42,060 bases of DNA from a virus. Positions 1-11,400 of this stretch are shown piece by piece. The stretch lies in UHGV virus genome UHGV-0384735; one strand, 5' to 3'. The position numbers and the translations under genes are program-made. A model generated the notes under the pieces. That model searched no databases. It was not told where the DNA came from and was given only the letters and a program-made list of their open reading frames with translations. How positions within the stretch are numbered: the stretch's first letter is position 1; each line of letters opens with the position of its first letter.

Positions 1-1
1 G

Positions 2-193
2 CTGGGGGGTGTTACCGAGAGCGGGGATGAGTGGGGAGCTAAGGTGGGAGGAACCCAGGGGGCTTTTTCCGGGATGATGAATGCTTATTCCCTTTCCGGT
101 TCCCTGGGGGGGATGGTGCCGGGGAGCATGCAGTCTTCCAACAGGTTGAGGGATTCCCTGCTGGCTAATTTCATGGGTTTTGGAAAGAGATGA
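2..193 (+). CDS. C-terminal fragment of a Gly/Ser/Met-rich virion protein. It would be the continuation of the ORF running off the window end if the genome is circular.
   Basis: Frame 2 is open from base 2 to the TGA at 191-193; the other two forward frames stop early. The translation is LGGVTESGDEWGAKVGGTQGAFSGMMNAYSLSGSLGGMVPGSMQSSNRLRDSLLANFMGFGKR. The stop overlaps the next ATG (ATGA at 190). Confidence 0.35.
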   Translation: MGGVTESGDEWGAKVGGTQGAFSGMMNAYSLSGSLGGMVPGSMQSSNRLRDSLLANFMGFGKR

Positions 194-531
194 GCGTTTC
201 TCCCATGCAGCAGGCTTTTTTTCTGATGGAAGCCCAGCGCCCAGGCTGGTTCCGGGAGACCGTTTCCCTGGCGGACGCGGGAGGAGGGATCGTGTGGTGC
301 TGCCCTTCGTTGTTTTTTGCGGGGGTGCCGGATCCGGAGTCTCCCAGGACATTGATTGTTCTTTTTGCCCACGGCCGCATGGAGGCCGTCAGGGAGCTGG
401 CTTGTCTGGTGCAGGGGCGTTTTGACCGGGCAAGGTGGCAGCGCTGCATCCGCGGGCGCGAGGACTGGAAGGAGATTTCCATCACCAGGTTTTTAAGTTT
501 TAACCGTTTCAAGATGAAAGAAGATGAGTGA
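190..531 (+). CDS. Hypothetical small protein in the internal virion protein operon
   Basis: 113-aa ORF. It is translationally coupled on both sides (ATGA at 190, ATGAGTGA at 524). Confidence 0.5.
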   Translation: MSVSPMQQAFFLMEAQRPGWFRETVSLADAGGGIVWCCPSLFFAGVPDPESPRTLIVLFAHGRMEAVRELACLVQGRFDRARWQRCIRGREDWKEISITRFLSFNRFKMKEDE

Positions 532-2482
532 TTTACAGCAACCCATGTACGGAGGAGCCCGGATGAATGCGGCTTCCTCCACCCCTGCCCCGGTCCAGAT
601 GCCGGATGTTTCTTCCAAGCCCGTTCAGAGGGCGCTGCAGAATGCCCAGGAGTTTGTGTCTGATGTTGCCCACCAGTACCAGCGCATGAAGGATTTCGGC
701 GAGCAGACGCGGCTGGAAGGCCGGATGAATGATTTGGCCAGCGAGTTTGAGCAGGAGATGACCCGGAGATTGGGGTTTGCCCGCGGTCATGAGCTGTCTT
801 TTTACGATCGTGACGGGAGGCTGAAAGAGAGCGCCCTGAATACGTTTGTACGGAATTACGAAGGGAAGTTCCGCGGATTGAAGGGGAGTTTTGTTTCCCA
901 GGAGGAGGCCGCCAGGTTCGGAGCCAGACAGCAGGATGTGATGCGCCGACTCCAGGGGCGGGCTTCCGAGCTGGTTCTTAAGGGACAGATTCAGGAGTCC
1001 AGACAGGCTTTTGAAGAGGGGTTGAAGGGGGATTTGCTGCGGAGGGATTACCAGGGAGCCACCCGTAGGCGCATTCAGGCTTACGAGGCCGGCATTATTT
1101 CTGAGAATGGAATGAACAACGGTATTCTGGAAGATACACGGAACGGCCTTTTGGACGAATACGAGCAGGATATGCTGATTAACCCCAGTGTTGCTTTTAC
1201 GAAGCTTGGGGACGGCTATTTTGATGCTCTGGGCGCAGGAGATGTTTTAAAGCTGAAGGAGAAGACCAGAAGGTTTTTACGTTCCGCGAATCGCTCCGAA
1301 GGTGAAGATGGAGCGCCCGGTTACAGAAAGGGTTCTCTTTGGCCGAAAGCTTCCCTCCGTTACGGAGCCACGGAGCAGGAGTACGACTGGGTGGAGCATT
1401 ATAACCGGACCGGCAGTTACAGGAAATACGCCCCTTCCATTAAGTTTGCCTTCCGGGAGGATTTACGGAATCTGCCCCCCGCCAATTCCGGCGAAGAAAG
1501 AACAAGGTACGTCAATGACATGTTGAAGAAGTGGGGGCAGTATGGACAGGTTCTTGGAGATGAAAGGAAGTTGCGCCTGTTTGTGGAAGACCGGATTGAC
1601 GCCATGGGGAGCCCCAATACGAACCGGAATAATATAGAGGCCGTTTTGAAGGCCATGCCGGATCATGTATATATCCCTTATTTTTCTTACCAGGTAGCTA
1701 ATGCTTACAAGAGTGGTGACCAGGAGCAGATTAAGAAGGAAGAGAATACGCGGGATGAGGTGGAGGCAGATATTTTGTATAAGACGGAACTTTCCATGAC
1801 AGAGTGGAGACAGGCTCATCCTAATGCCACACTTGCCCAAGATCTTGCGCAGATCCATAAATTCACCGCTTTTCATGCCGGGAACAGGTTTGCCTATCGG
1901 CCTATTACCGAAGAAGACAAAAAAAGATCTGACGAGAGCCGCATGAAGAAGGCGCTGGAGTCCATGCCTTTGTATTCTTTTGAGCAACAGGAAGAGTTGA
2001 ACGTGTCTCCAGAAGAGAGGGAGGCCCAGCAGAAGAAGGCGGCACAATATATTAAGGGCCAAAGACCTTATTTGCCTTCCCCTCTTGAGAACCACCCTGT
2101 TTCTTTTGTCCGGCATGGTACGTCCGGAGCGTATGTTTCCAAGCAGGCTTATGAGGCTATCAAGGCTAAGTTTGGGAATAGGCCTTTTGCCCGCATTTCT
2201 CTGGGACGCAACGGAGCTTTTCTAAAGGTTCCCGTGGTCGGGGTTTATGAGGGGACCCCGCGGGGCGTTGAGGTTTCAGGACCGCTTTATGAACGCATGG
2301 CGTTAAGGTTTCCCGGTGAACAGGCCAGCGGGAATGTCAGCATTTACGACGGGAAGGATGAACCGGAAGCGCCGAAAGATGGATACGGACCAGGCCTGCT
2401 GCCTCCTTTGCCGGGTGGGGACGATACTTACACGCAGGTGAACGATATTGGCGATTCCGCTCTTTTACCTCTTAATCAATAG
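524..2482 (+). CDS. Putative internal virion (ejection/core) protein, 652 aa
   Basis: Long ORF immediately upstream of the giant virion protein, in the position of the T7 gp14/gp15 region after tubular protein A. No recognisable catalytic motif. Confidence 0.5.
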   Translation: MSDLQQPMYGGARMNAASSTPAPVQMPDVSSKPVQRALQNAQEFVSDVAHQYQRMKDFGEQTRLEGRMNDLASEFEQEMTRRLGFARGHELSFYDRDGRLKESALNTFVRNYEGKFRGLKGSFVSQEEAARFGARQQDVMRRLQGRASELVLKGQIQESRQAFEEGLKGDLLRRDYQGATRRRIQAYEAGIISENGMNNGILEDTRNGLLDEYEQDMLINPSVAFTKLGDGYFDALGAGDVLKLKEKTRRFLRSANRSEGEDGAPGYRKGSLWPKASLRYGATEQEYDWVEHYNRTGSYRKYAPSIKFAFREDLRNLPPANSGEERTRYVNDMLKKWGQYGQVLGDERKLRLFVEDRIDAMGSPNTNRNNIEAVLKAMPDHVYIPYFSYQVANAYKSGDQEQIKKEENTRDEVEADILYKTELSMTEWRQAHPNATLAQDLAQIHKFTAFHAGNRFAYRPITEEDKKRSDESRMKKALESMPLYSFEQQEELNVSPEEREAQQKKAAQYIKGQRPYLPSPLENHPVSFVRHGTSGAYVSKQAYEAIKAKFGNRPFARISLGRNGAFLKVPVVGVYEGTPRGVEVSGPLYERMALRFPGEQASGNVSIYDGKDEPEAPKDGYGPGLLPPLPGGDDTYTQVNDIGDSALLPLNQ

Positions 2483-2499
2483 TTTTAGCACAATAATAT

Positions 2500-5400
2500 A
2501 TGTTTGCACAGGATGTTTTTGAAAGGTTGGGGCTGTCCCAAGATACGGATTTATTGAACGATCTCCAGAAAGAGGCGTTGTTAGAGCCAACGGAAGCGGC
2601 GCAGAGTCCCTATATGGATGACCCGGCATATGCCGGTTTTGAGACTTTGCGCGGTTTGTTTGGTTCCAACCATGGAGATAATCCCTCCATGTATTGGCTG
2701 GCACAGGGAGAAGAGATGCCTGAATTTGCCACCGTGGCGGACGCACAGGCTGCCGTCTGGAAGGATTTCCAGAAAAAGGCCCGTGCTTATCAGGCAGAGC
2801 AGGAGCGACAGCAACAGGCACGGGAGGCATTGGCTGCTACGATTGATCCCTTCATTGACCGGTACGTGCGCGGGGACGCTGTGGTTCCCTCCCCTGAACA
2901 AGTAATGATGATGCAGGAGGCAGGCATTTCCTGGGAGAGTGTCAGACGAGCCCGAAGAGGGATGGAACTTGTCCGGGAATATGACGCGCAGGGCACCCTG
3001 TACGACGACAGGATCATCAATAATCTGGCGGAACAGGTGGGAGATGATGAGTTGGCACGGCGCATTGTGCTGAATATGTTTTATAATGACGCCAGGAAGT
3101 ACGCCAAGGATAAGCACGGTGACGAGTGGACCGGGATTGACTGGATAGATAAGGCAGCCCAGGGGGTAACGGGGATGGTACGCACCGGGGGCGTGAAGGG
3201 ATGGCGGACAGGTCAGAAGGCCTGGCGGAATTTACAGGTAATGGGAGAGGTGGATGCCGTTACGAATGCAGCTAAGCGTCTGCCGGAGTTGATTGCTTCC
3301 GGAATGGATGTGGATGAAGCACGCGCTCAGATTGAGAAGGATGCCACTTTTCTTGAGATACGACGCCGCTGGGCTGCCGATCTGGTTCAAACCATGGAAG
3401 CCGGGGAGAAGGAATATTTGGAAGGTGAGGACCGCCATTTGGTTGGCCGCATTGGTTCGCAGCTTGGTTCCATTATCGGAGATACGGCTCCCTGGTTCAT
3501 TCCTGCCATTGGTCCTGCTATCGGAGCTTCCTCCGCCATGCAATCCCGCAGAGATGAGGGGGTGAGCATTGGGTTAACTATGGAGGAAACGGAGAAGAGG
3601 GCCATGATGTTCGGCCAGGCAGATGCTCTGGAAGAGATGATTGCTTTTTCCCCCATCGGGCGGTTGACGCCCGGATATAAGTGGTTGAAGAAGGCGCTTG
3701 GCGGTGGGAAGGCCGCCGGGAAGCTGGCCCCGTGGCGGGCTCGATGGATGGCGAGTCCGAAGGCCCAGTACGCTATTCAAGGGCTTTCCGGCGCTGCGGA
3801 AGAGGCCATTCTTGAGCCTACAGCCGGGTATTTGATGCGTACTGTACAGAGCATGAATCTGACGGACGAACGCGGAAAACAGACTTTCCGTCAGTATTTG
3901 GACGATATGGGGCAGATGATGCACGGAGAACAGGGGCTTGCCCTGCTGGCATTTACGTTTGGGATGTCCGGCTTTAATTATCCTCAAATCAAAAAGGCAG
4001 CCCAGGAGTTCGGTCTTTCTCTGCAACATTACAAGGAACTGGGAGGCACGGCCCAGGGGTATCTGGAGGCCAGGGAGGAAAAGACCGCCGAAGGTTTTTT
4101 GAATAAGGCCCTTGCCAATTTGCATGATTCCTGGATGGAGGATCCGCAGGCTTCCCAGGAGCGGGCGAGCGCGGCTGCCGGAGAACGCCTTTCCGGGGAA
4201 CGCATTGAGTCTTTGAGGGAGCTGGACGCGTGGCGGGCTGCCGAGGATGCCGGCATGGTGCCGCGGGTGGAGCCGGCGGAACAGGAGGGGATGTTCCGGG
4301 TGTATGCTCCAGCGCGCAGCACGAAAGCGCCGCGGGAGGATGCTTCCGTCTCCAGAGAGGGGCAGGAAGAGAACGCCCCTTCTTACACGCTGATGGACGG
4401 CGAGCAGATGACGGCTTATTTACAGGCGTTTGTGAGCGAGCAGGTGGAGAGTGACATCCTCTACACGCAGCATTTGCTGGCCGGGGACGTGACGGTGAGC
4501 CAGGCCCTGGCCCAGGGGCGTTTTGACGCGGCGGAGGTGATTACGCGCACAGTGACGGATGAACAGACAGGGGCCGAACGGGTGGTGATTGCCCCGGAGA
4601 CGCTGGGGCAGATGAAGGCCCGCGCGGATATGGCGATGGCCGCTATCCGCGCCCTGGAGGCGGAGGGTGTGAGTTATGAGGATGCCGCCGCCCGCATGGA
4701 TGCCTCGTTGAGCGAGCATATTCCGCTGGGAACTCTTGTGAAGACATGGGAGGAAGCCCAGGAACGCATCAGGACGGAACAGGCCCGCACCCCAGAGTTC
4801 AAGGTTCCGGCCATGGATGCCCCGTTTTCCAACGCTTATGTGACGAAGGTCCGCCGGGGAGATACGTTCCGCCGGGTGTTGAGGTATGCCCGCGGGAATG
4901 CGACGGTGGAGGATTTGATGGAGGAAACGATGGAACAGGCTGTCATCTCCTGGCAGGCGGAGCAGGGTTTGACCTGGGGCGAGTTCGGCGCGATGCTCCA
5001 GGAGGCGCAGAAGTCCATCAATGATTTGTTCCCGGAGGCGCGGGGGGAGGAGATGCAGTTTATTCACCTGGACGCCGGGAAGCCGGTGACGGGTCATGAC
5101 GCGATTGAGGCTTTTTCCAAGATCGGGCGTTCCCGCTGGCTGGCGGACGCGATGAATCATCCTTCCCTGCCCTCCTGGCTGCGGAAGCTGCTGAATCATC
5201 TGGTGAAGTTCCTGGGGGCTTTCAAGGCGCGCGTGGAGCTGGGCGAGATGGTGCGCCAGGCGGAGGAACAGGGCGTGTTTACCCTGCCGGTTAGGCAGGC
5301 TCTGGCGGTGATGCTGGATGCGGGGAATGCCCTGTACCGGGACCAGCAGGGGGATTTGATTGCCCTGACTATGGAACGGGCCAAGGCGCAGGCGGACCTG

Positions 5401-8400
5401 GATGCCGCCCTGGGCCGCGGTGTCGCCACGGAACAGGAGACGCTGGAAGAGCAGCTTGCCGAACGCAATGCCGCTGATGAACCGGGGCCCGTGGACCGGG
5501 CGGAAGAAGAGGCCGACGACGCGAACGCCCAGCAGGCGCGGCGCGAACGCACGGAGGCGGAGGTAGAGATGCTGGGGGAACGGGATGATGACGGCGTGTT
5601 TAACGGAGGGGTGAGCATTCGTATTGAGGACGGGGTGCGCCAGGGTTTTATTGACAAGGACCGGCTGACGCTTTGCCCGGATGTTCCCCAGTTCAAGCAA
5701 GGGGCCGATGAAAAGACGGGGGTGGTGAACCGGATTGTGGGGGCCTGGCAGCGCAACGCCGCGCCGATTTCCGTGTGGCGCCGGACTGATGGTTCCCTGC
5801 AGGTGATTTCCGGCAGGCACCGCCTAGACGCCTGCACGGATGCGGATATTAATTGCACGGTGTATGATGAGGCAGACGGGTTTGATTTGGATTGGGCGCA
5901 GACGCATGACGTGGAGAACAATATCCGGGACGGCCAGGCGAGCGCGTTTGAGATTGCCCGCTACGTTCGGGATTCCTCCCTGTCCATGGCGGAGGCCGTG
6001 GAGCGCGGGATTGCCAGGAAGGGAGCCTCCCTGAAAGGGGTGGAGCTGGGGCTTTATGCCAGCCAGGAGCTTTTGGATGCGCTGGGCAACGGGCTGGTTT
6101 CCCCGGATGACGCCTACCGCGTGGCCCTGGCGTTCCGCAATGATGCCGAGGTGCAGCGTTCCGGGCTGGCCGTGCTGCTGGACGGCGGGAGCTGGCAGGA
6201 GGCTTATAATACCATGGCGGCCAAGGCGAACCTGGAAGCGATTGCCCGCCAGAATGCGGCCAACGGCATGGATATGGGCATGGACCTGTTTGGGAATACG
6301 GATAATGAAGAGCTTTACAAGCGCATCGGGAAGTACGCGGCGGAGAAGTACCGCGAGCTCGGCAAGGAGCTGACGGCGATTAACGGCGCTTCCCGGAATC
6401 CGAAGGTGGCCCGGAAGTATGGCGTGAATGTGAATGACGCGGCGGCGGTGCAGCAGGTGGTGAAGCGGTTGCAGGAGGAACGTTCCCGCTGGAAGAATTT
6501 TGCCGTGCATCCCGATTTGCTCAAGGAGGCCAATGACGCCGTGATGGTGGAGCTGGGGTTGAAGACGCAGGCACAGGTGGATCAGGAGAATGGCGTGCTT
6601 CCTTTAGAGGCTCCAGAACAGGAGGCGGATTCCGACGATGCGGGGATGTTGCTGCTTTCCCAGGATGTGAACCGGATGCTGGAGGATTTTATAAAACGGG
6701 AGGAGGTTCATTTTTCCCTGGCCGGGGAGAATGAAGCATTGCTGGCTCCCAATGGAGAGCCATCCCATCTGACGCCGCAACAATACCGACAAGTAAGGAC
6801 GCCAGAGTTTAAGCGGTGGTTTGGGGATTGGGAGAAGGTAGCCCGGTTCAAGGCAGCCGTGGAGAAGATTATGTCTATGGAGCCGGTGGCGGCCATTTCC
6901 GGCCAAGAGTTCCAGAAGGACGGCATCCCCCTGACCGAAAAGGTGACGAAGTTCTGGAAGGAGCGTTTTAACGGAGTAGCCATTTCTCCCGAACTTGGAG
7001 AGGTAAGGCTTGATCTTGAAGGCGTGAAGTCTTCCATTGGACACGGCATCGGTTCATTGAAGTCCGCGGCTTTTGCCTGCGTAGAAGACGTGATCCGGAA
7101 CGGCGTTGTGTTTGACCGTCAGAAGAATTGGAAAGAACGCGGTTACGATACAGCGGTGATTGCCGCTCCCGTCACGATTAAGGGCGTGGAGTATGTTTGC
7201 GAGGTTGTTGTTGAGCAACGTACCAACAGACAGGGATTTTACCTGCATGAGGTGGAGATAAAGAAGAAGCTCGAAGACGTGTTCAAGACCTCCACTGAAG
7301 GAGGCACGCCCCAAGCTTCCAGAAGTATATTAGCCCTGCGAGCCGAAGATGTCAAGAGGGAGGAAGAGGGCATGTCCAAGGTGGTGGACGAGAACGGAGA
7401 GCCACTGGTGGTGTATCATGGTTCCCCGCATGTTTTTACCGTGTTTGACGTGGAGCGTTCCGGAGAGAATTTTAACCGGAGCCGGGAGGATGGAGGGTTG
7501 TTGTTTTTTTCTTCCCTGCCGGAGACGGCGGAAGATGTGCTTCATGATTTAGAGGGCCGTTTTCCGGGGACCGGGTTGGAGAGTGCGCGGCTGTACGCGT
7601 GTTTTATGAGGTTGAGGCGTCCGTTTACGCTGGATCTTGGCGATGCTTCACAGCGCCCGTTTTCCGGTGAGGGTGTGCCGGAGAGCGTGAAGGGTTCCCC
7701 GATGGCGTGGTATTTGTTTCCTCACGAGTTGAGGAGAGGGTTTGATGAGGGGAATGCTCATGGCGCAGGTTATGACGGTATTGTTTTGAAGGGCAGGAAT
7801 GCTTATGACGGGAGTCCGGAGGTGTGGGGGATGGCTACGGATTCCCGGCAGGTGAAGAGCGCTGCCGATAACCGCGGGACGTTTGATTCAGAGAATCCGG
7901 ATATTACGTTTTCTATTATTGGGGAGAAGGCAGAGTCCTTCCAGGAGTACCACAATAACGGCCTGTCCTACACGGATCCGGCGGACGGGAAGCGGAAGGC
8001 GATTATTGATTCCCGCGGGGTGCGGTTGAGGAAGGAGCACGTCAGCGTGAGCGAGGGGGGGCATGTGAATGTTTCCCTGGCCGCGGCCCTGGATTTCCCG
8101 GAGTTGTTCCGGGCTTACCCGGAGCTGCAGAAGCTGAGGGTGGATTTTTACCGGGACAGCAGGAGCGGCACGGGAGGGTTTACCGATCCGCAGGAGCATT
8201 ATATTGCCGTGAATGTGGCACGGGGCGGGAAGAACGCGGATGCCGGCATGGTGCTGGATACGATTCTGCACGAGGTACAGCATGTGATTCAGGGGTATGA
8301 GGGGTTTGCCCAGGGGGCCGGTCGCATGAGCCGGGATCAGGCGCTTGCTTATCTGGGCGAGAGCATGATCCAGCTGGCGGGCCGGGACGACGCCTGGGCG

Positions 8401-11400
8401 AAGGAGGCCCTGCCGCGCCTGGAACGGATGAGGCAGGAACTGGAGGCCGGGACGTTGCAGCCAGCGTTTGTGTATGTTTTTTCCCACGGGGAGCAGGAGG
8501 CGCGGCTTGCCGGGAGGTTTGAGAAGAATAGCGAGGGCGTGGTGATGAGCGGCCTGAACGGGTTCCGCCTGCTGGACGCTCCGCAGTTTTCGATTCCGCT
8601 GACGGGGAATATTACGGAGCTTGGCGGCATTACGTTCGGGGCCGGGAGGTTTGGCCGGATGGCCGACAGGGTTTTGGCTCCGAACGGGGATTGGCTTTAC
8701 GATGAGATGGTGTTCAGGATGCGGGCCGCCGCGCAGCGGTCCGTGAATAAGCTGAACCTGTATGAGACCGGAGACCGGGAGCGCGGCCTTGAGCTGCTGG
8801 CGGAGGCGCAGGAACTGATTGCCACGGTGGAGCGGTTTCTTCCCCATACGTACGGGTTCGGGTTGGAACCTTACAAAATCTGGCTGAATGTGTTTTCCCT
8901 GCTTTACGGGAATAGCGGGAAGATGGCGCCGGATGAGGCGCTTTCCAGCGCGTTGAGCGCGATTCCCATGGAGAAGTGGCCGGAGATTATGGCGGGAAGT
9001 GTGATGAAGCATTTCTGGGGGTATGTAAAACAGCATGAGACGCTGGGTCCCGTGTGGGAGGGTAAGATGAAGGAGTTTGAGGAAGAGGCGAAATTTACCG
9101 AAGCCGGGGAGAAGGCCGCGGAATTGGATAAGCGCCGGTGGGAGTTTTTTATAGCGAATGGCGCGGAGTTCCTGGAGAAGTACGGGCAGGTGAAGGTGTA
9201 CCGCCTGATTAGCAAGTTCATGGCCCGCGTGGTGGAACAGATTGACCGTTACCGGAAGGACCGGACGCTGGGGCGCATCCGCCGCGTGGCTGCGTCCGTG
9301 GCTCCGCGGACGAATCCGAAGGGAAAGCCGCTGCGCGGGAAGATGGACGCGGAGAGTTACCGGAGGCTGGAGAGGTGCTTGCGCCTGCTGGAGATGACCG
9401 AGAGCCAGTACGATGAGTTTTTCCAGAAGAATTTTCCGGAGGATGCCGAAGAGGGGAAGAGGTGGGAGGATCTGGCCCCGGATGCGCTGGTGCTGGTGAC
9501 GCTGCCCGACGCGGAAGGGAGGCTGGAAGAGGTGGCCGTAACGCAGCGGGAGTTTGAGGTTTACGCCTGTTATGAACGGATGGACGTGAATACCGCGGAG
9601 AAGTGCGGCGCGACCCTTGGAGAATTGATTGCCACGACCCGCCATGCCTGGGAGAACGCAGCGGAGAAGAAGAAGATGGAGGTTGCCGCCATGGCCGCCC
9701 CACTGCTGCAGGCCACCGGGAATTTGGATGATAACAGGATGGCAACGTTCCGCCGGAAAGCGAGGCTGCGGGCTTTGCCGAAGAAGCCCCTTTCCCTGTT
9801 TGATTATCTGATGAATTTTAATCAGTATATGCAGGCGCTTTCTTCCGTGGGGCCGTTTGCCGGGATTGCCCGCCAGTTTGAGGAACGGGCGGCGCGGTTT
9901 AATGTGCAGCGGCAGGCGAGCGAGAAGGAGATGCTGCGTTTTGTGCACAATACCGTAGCGGAGATTGCGGGGTCCGCGGACCGGTATGATATTGCCGAGT
10001 GGATTTATGAGGGGCGCATGAAGCAGGATACGGGGATTTCCGTTGTGGAGCGGGAACCGGATTGGAACAGGAAGGCCAACGCCCTGTACCGGGAACGCCT
10101 TCTTCATTTGCTGCGCCGGAAGGTGAAGTCTCACGGGCTGGAAGCGGTGCAGCTTTATTTGAGGGAGTTTAAGCTTTCCGAGGATTTGAAGAAGGAGGTG
10201 AACGCCCTGTTCGGGCACCGCCGCAAGGAGATTTCCGCCAAGCAGGCGAAGAAGGCATTGGAGCACATGGAGCGCGTGTTTACGCAGAAGGAGTGGGAGC
10301 GGTACGGGGACCAGAAGGTTTTTGTGAGGGAGCGGGCGGAGATGCTGCGTTCCAGGACGAAGTATGCCAAGGAGGGGTATCAGCCGAAGAGTTTCCGGCT
10401 GGATGGCCTGTCCCGGATGGAGGCGGCGTATCTGGTGCTGTTGTCCGAGCAAGCGGATTATACCGAGGCCCTGGCGGAACGCGGGTTTGACGCGGAGGTG
10501 ATGGACCGGCTGCGCGGGTTTGCCGGGGATGAGGTGATGCGGTTTGCGTATGCTTTACGGGAGAAGCTGAATGAGCGAAGCGGACAGGTGCAGGAGATGA
10601 CCGAGAGGCGCTACGGCACGCCGTTTCCGCTGACGGAGAATTATTTCCGGGCGTTTTTCGATGTGACGATGGAGGCGATTGATAAGTCGATTGCCGATGC
10701 GGCGTCTTACGGGGAAGCGGCCACGGGCGGGAAGTTCGGGTTGATTCACGCCCGCCGGAAGCATCAGGCTCACCTGGATTTGGAGATGGATGTTTGCACG
10801 GCGTTTATGGCGGCCATGACCGAGCAGGATCTTTACCTGTACGGCTCCGAGATCAGCCGTGATTTGCGGGCTTTGCTGAATTTCAAGGGCGAGGACGGCG
10901 AGGCGGGCCGGAGCCTGGAGGTGCTGCTGGGGCGGGATGCCGTGGGCAAGCTGATGGCCTGGGCGGATGCGTTTGACCGCGCCGGGGCGGAGAGTATTCG
11001 CGGGCACCTGGATATGAACCGCCTGATGAACCGGCTTTCCGGCGCGGCGGCGCGGGTGCTGCTGGCCGGGCGCGTGGGGACGCTGACCAAGCAGGTGACG
11101 ACGGTGATTAACGCGATGTATGCTTCCGACGAGATTGGCCTTGACGAGTGGCTGGGGGCCGTCCGCCGGTATCACGCCGGGAAGCTGGTGAAGCCTGTAC
11201 GCGAGATAGAGGCCCTGCCGGAGCTGGACAGCCGCGACAAGACGCGGTTCAGCGCCACGCTGGCTGCCATGGGGGCCGATGAGGCCGGGCGCCGGGTGTC
11301 CCGCCTGGAACGCTGGAACCGGGAGGGGATGGATTTGCTGGAACGGGTGGATATGAAGGGGAATGCGATTTCCGCGGCTATTTTGTACGATGCGGTTTAC

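Noticed and set aside
85-512. Minus-strand ORFs 85-372 and 171-512 at the window start
   Set aside because: The plus strand here holds a translationally coupled series (ATGA overlaps at 190 and 524) leading into the virion operon. The minus-strand translations are Arg/Pro-rich shadow ORFs.
7888-10452. 854-aa minus-strand ORF, plus similar long antisense ORFs at 4420-5820, 5196-5921, 5824-6510 and 10555-11976, inside the giant gene
   Set aside because: They lie entirely antisense to the 9.7-kb virion gene in GC-rich DNA, where stop codons are rare. The translations are low-complexity and Arg/Pro/Leu/His-rich, and there are no RBS or start contexts. They are shadow ORFs.
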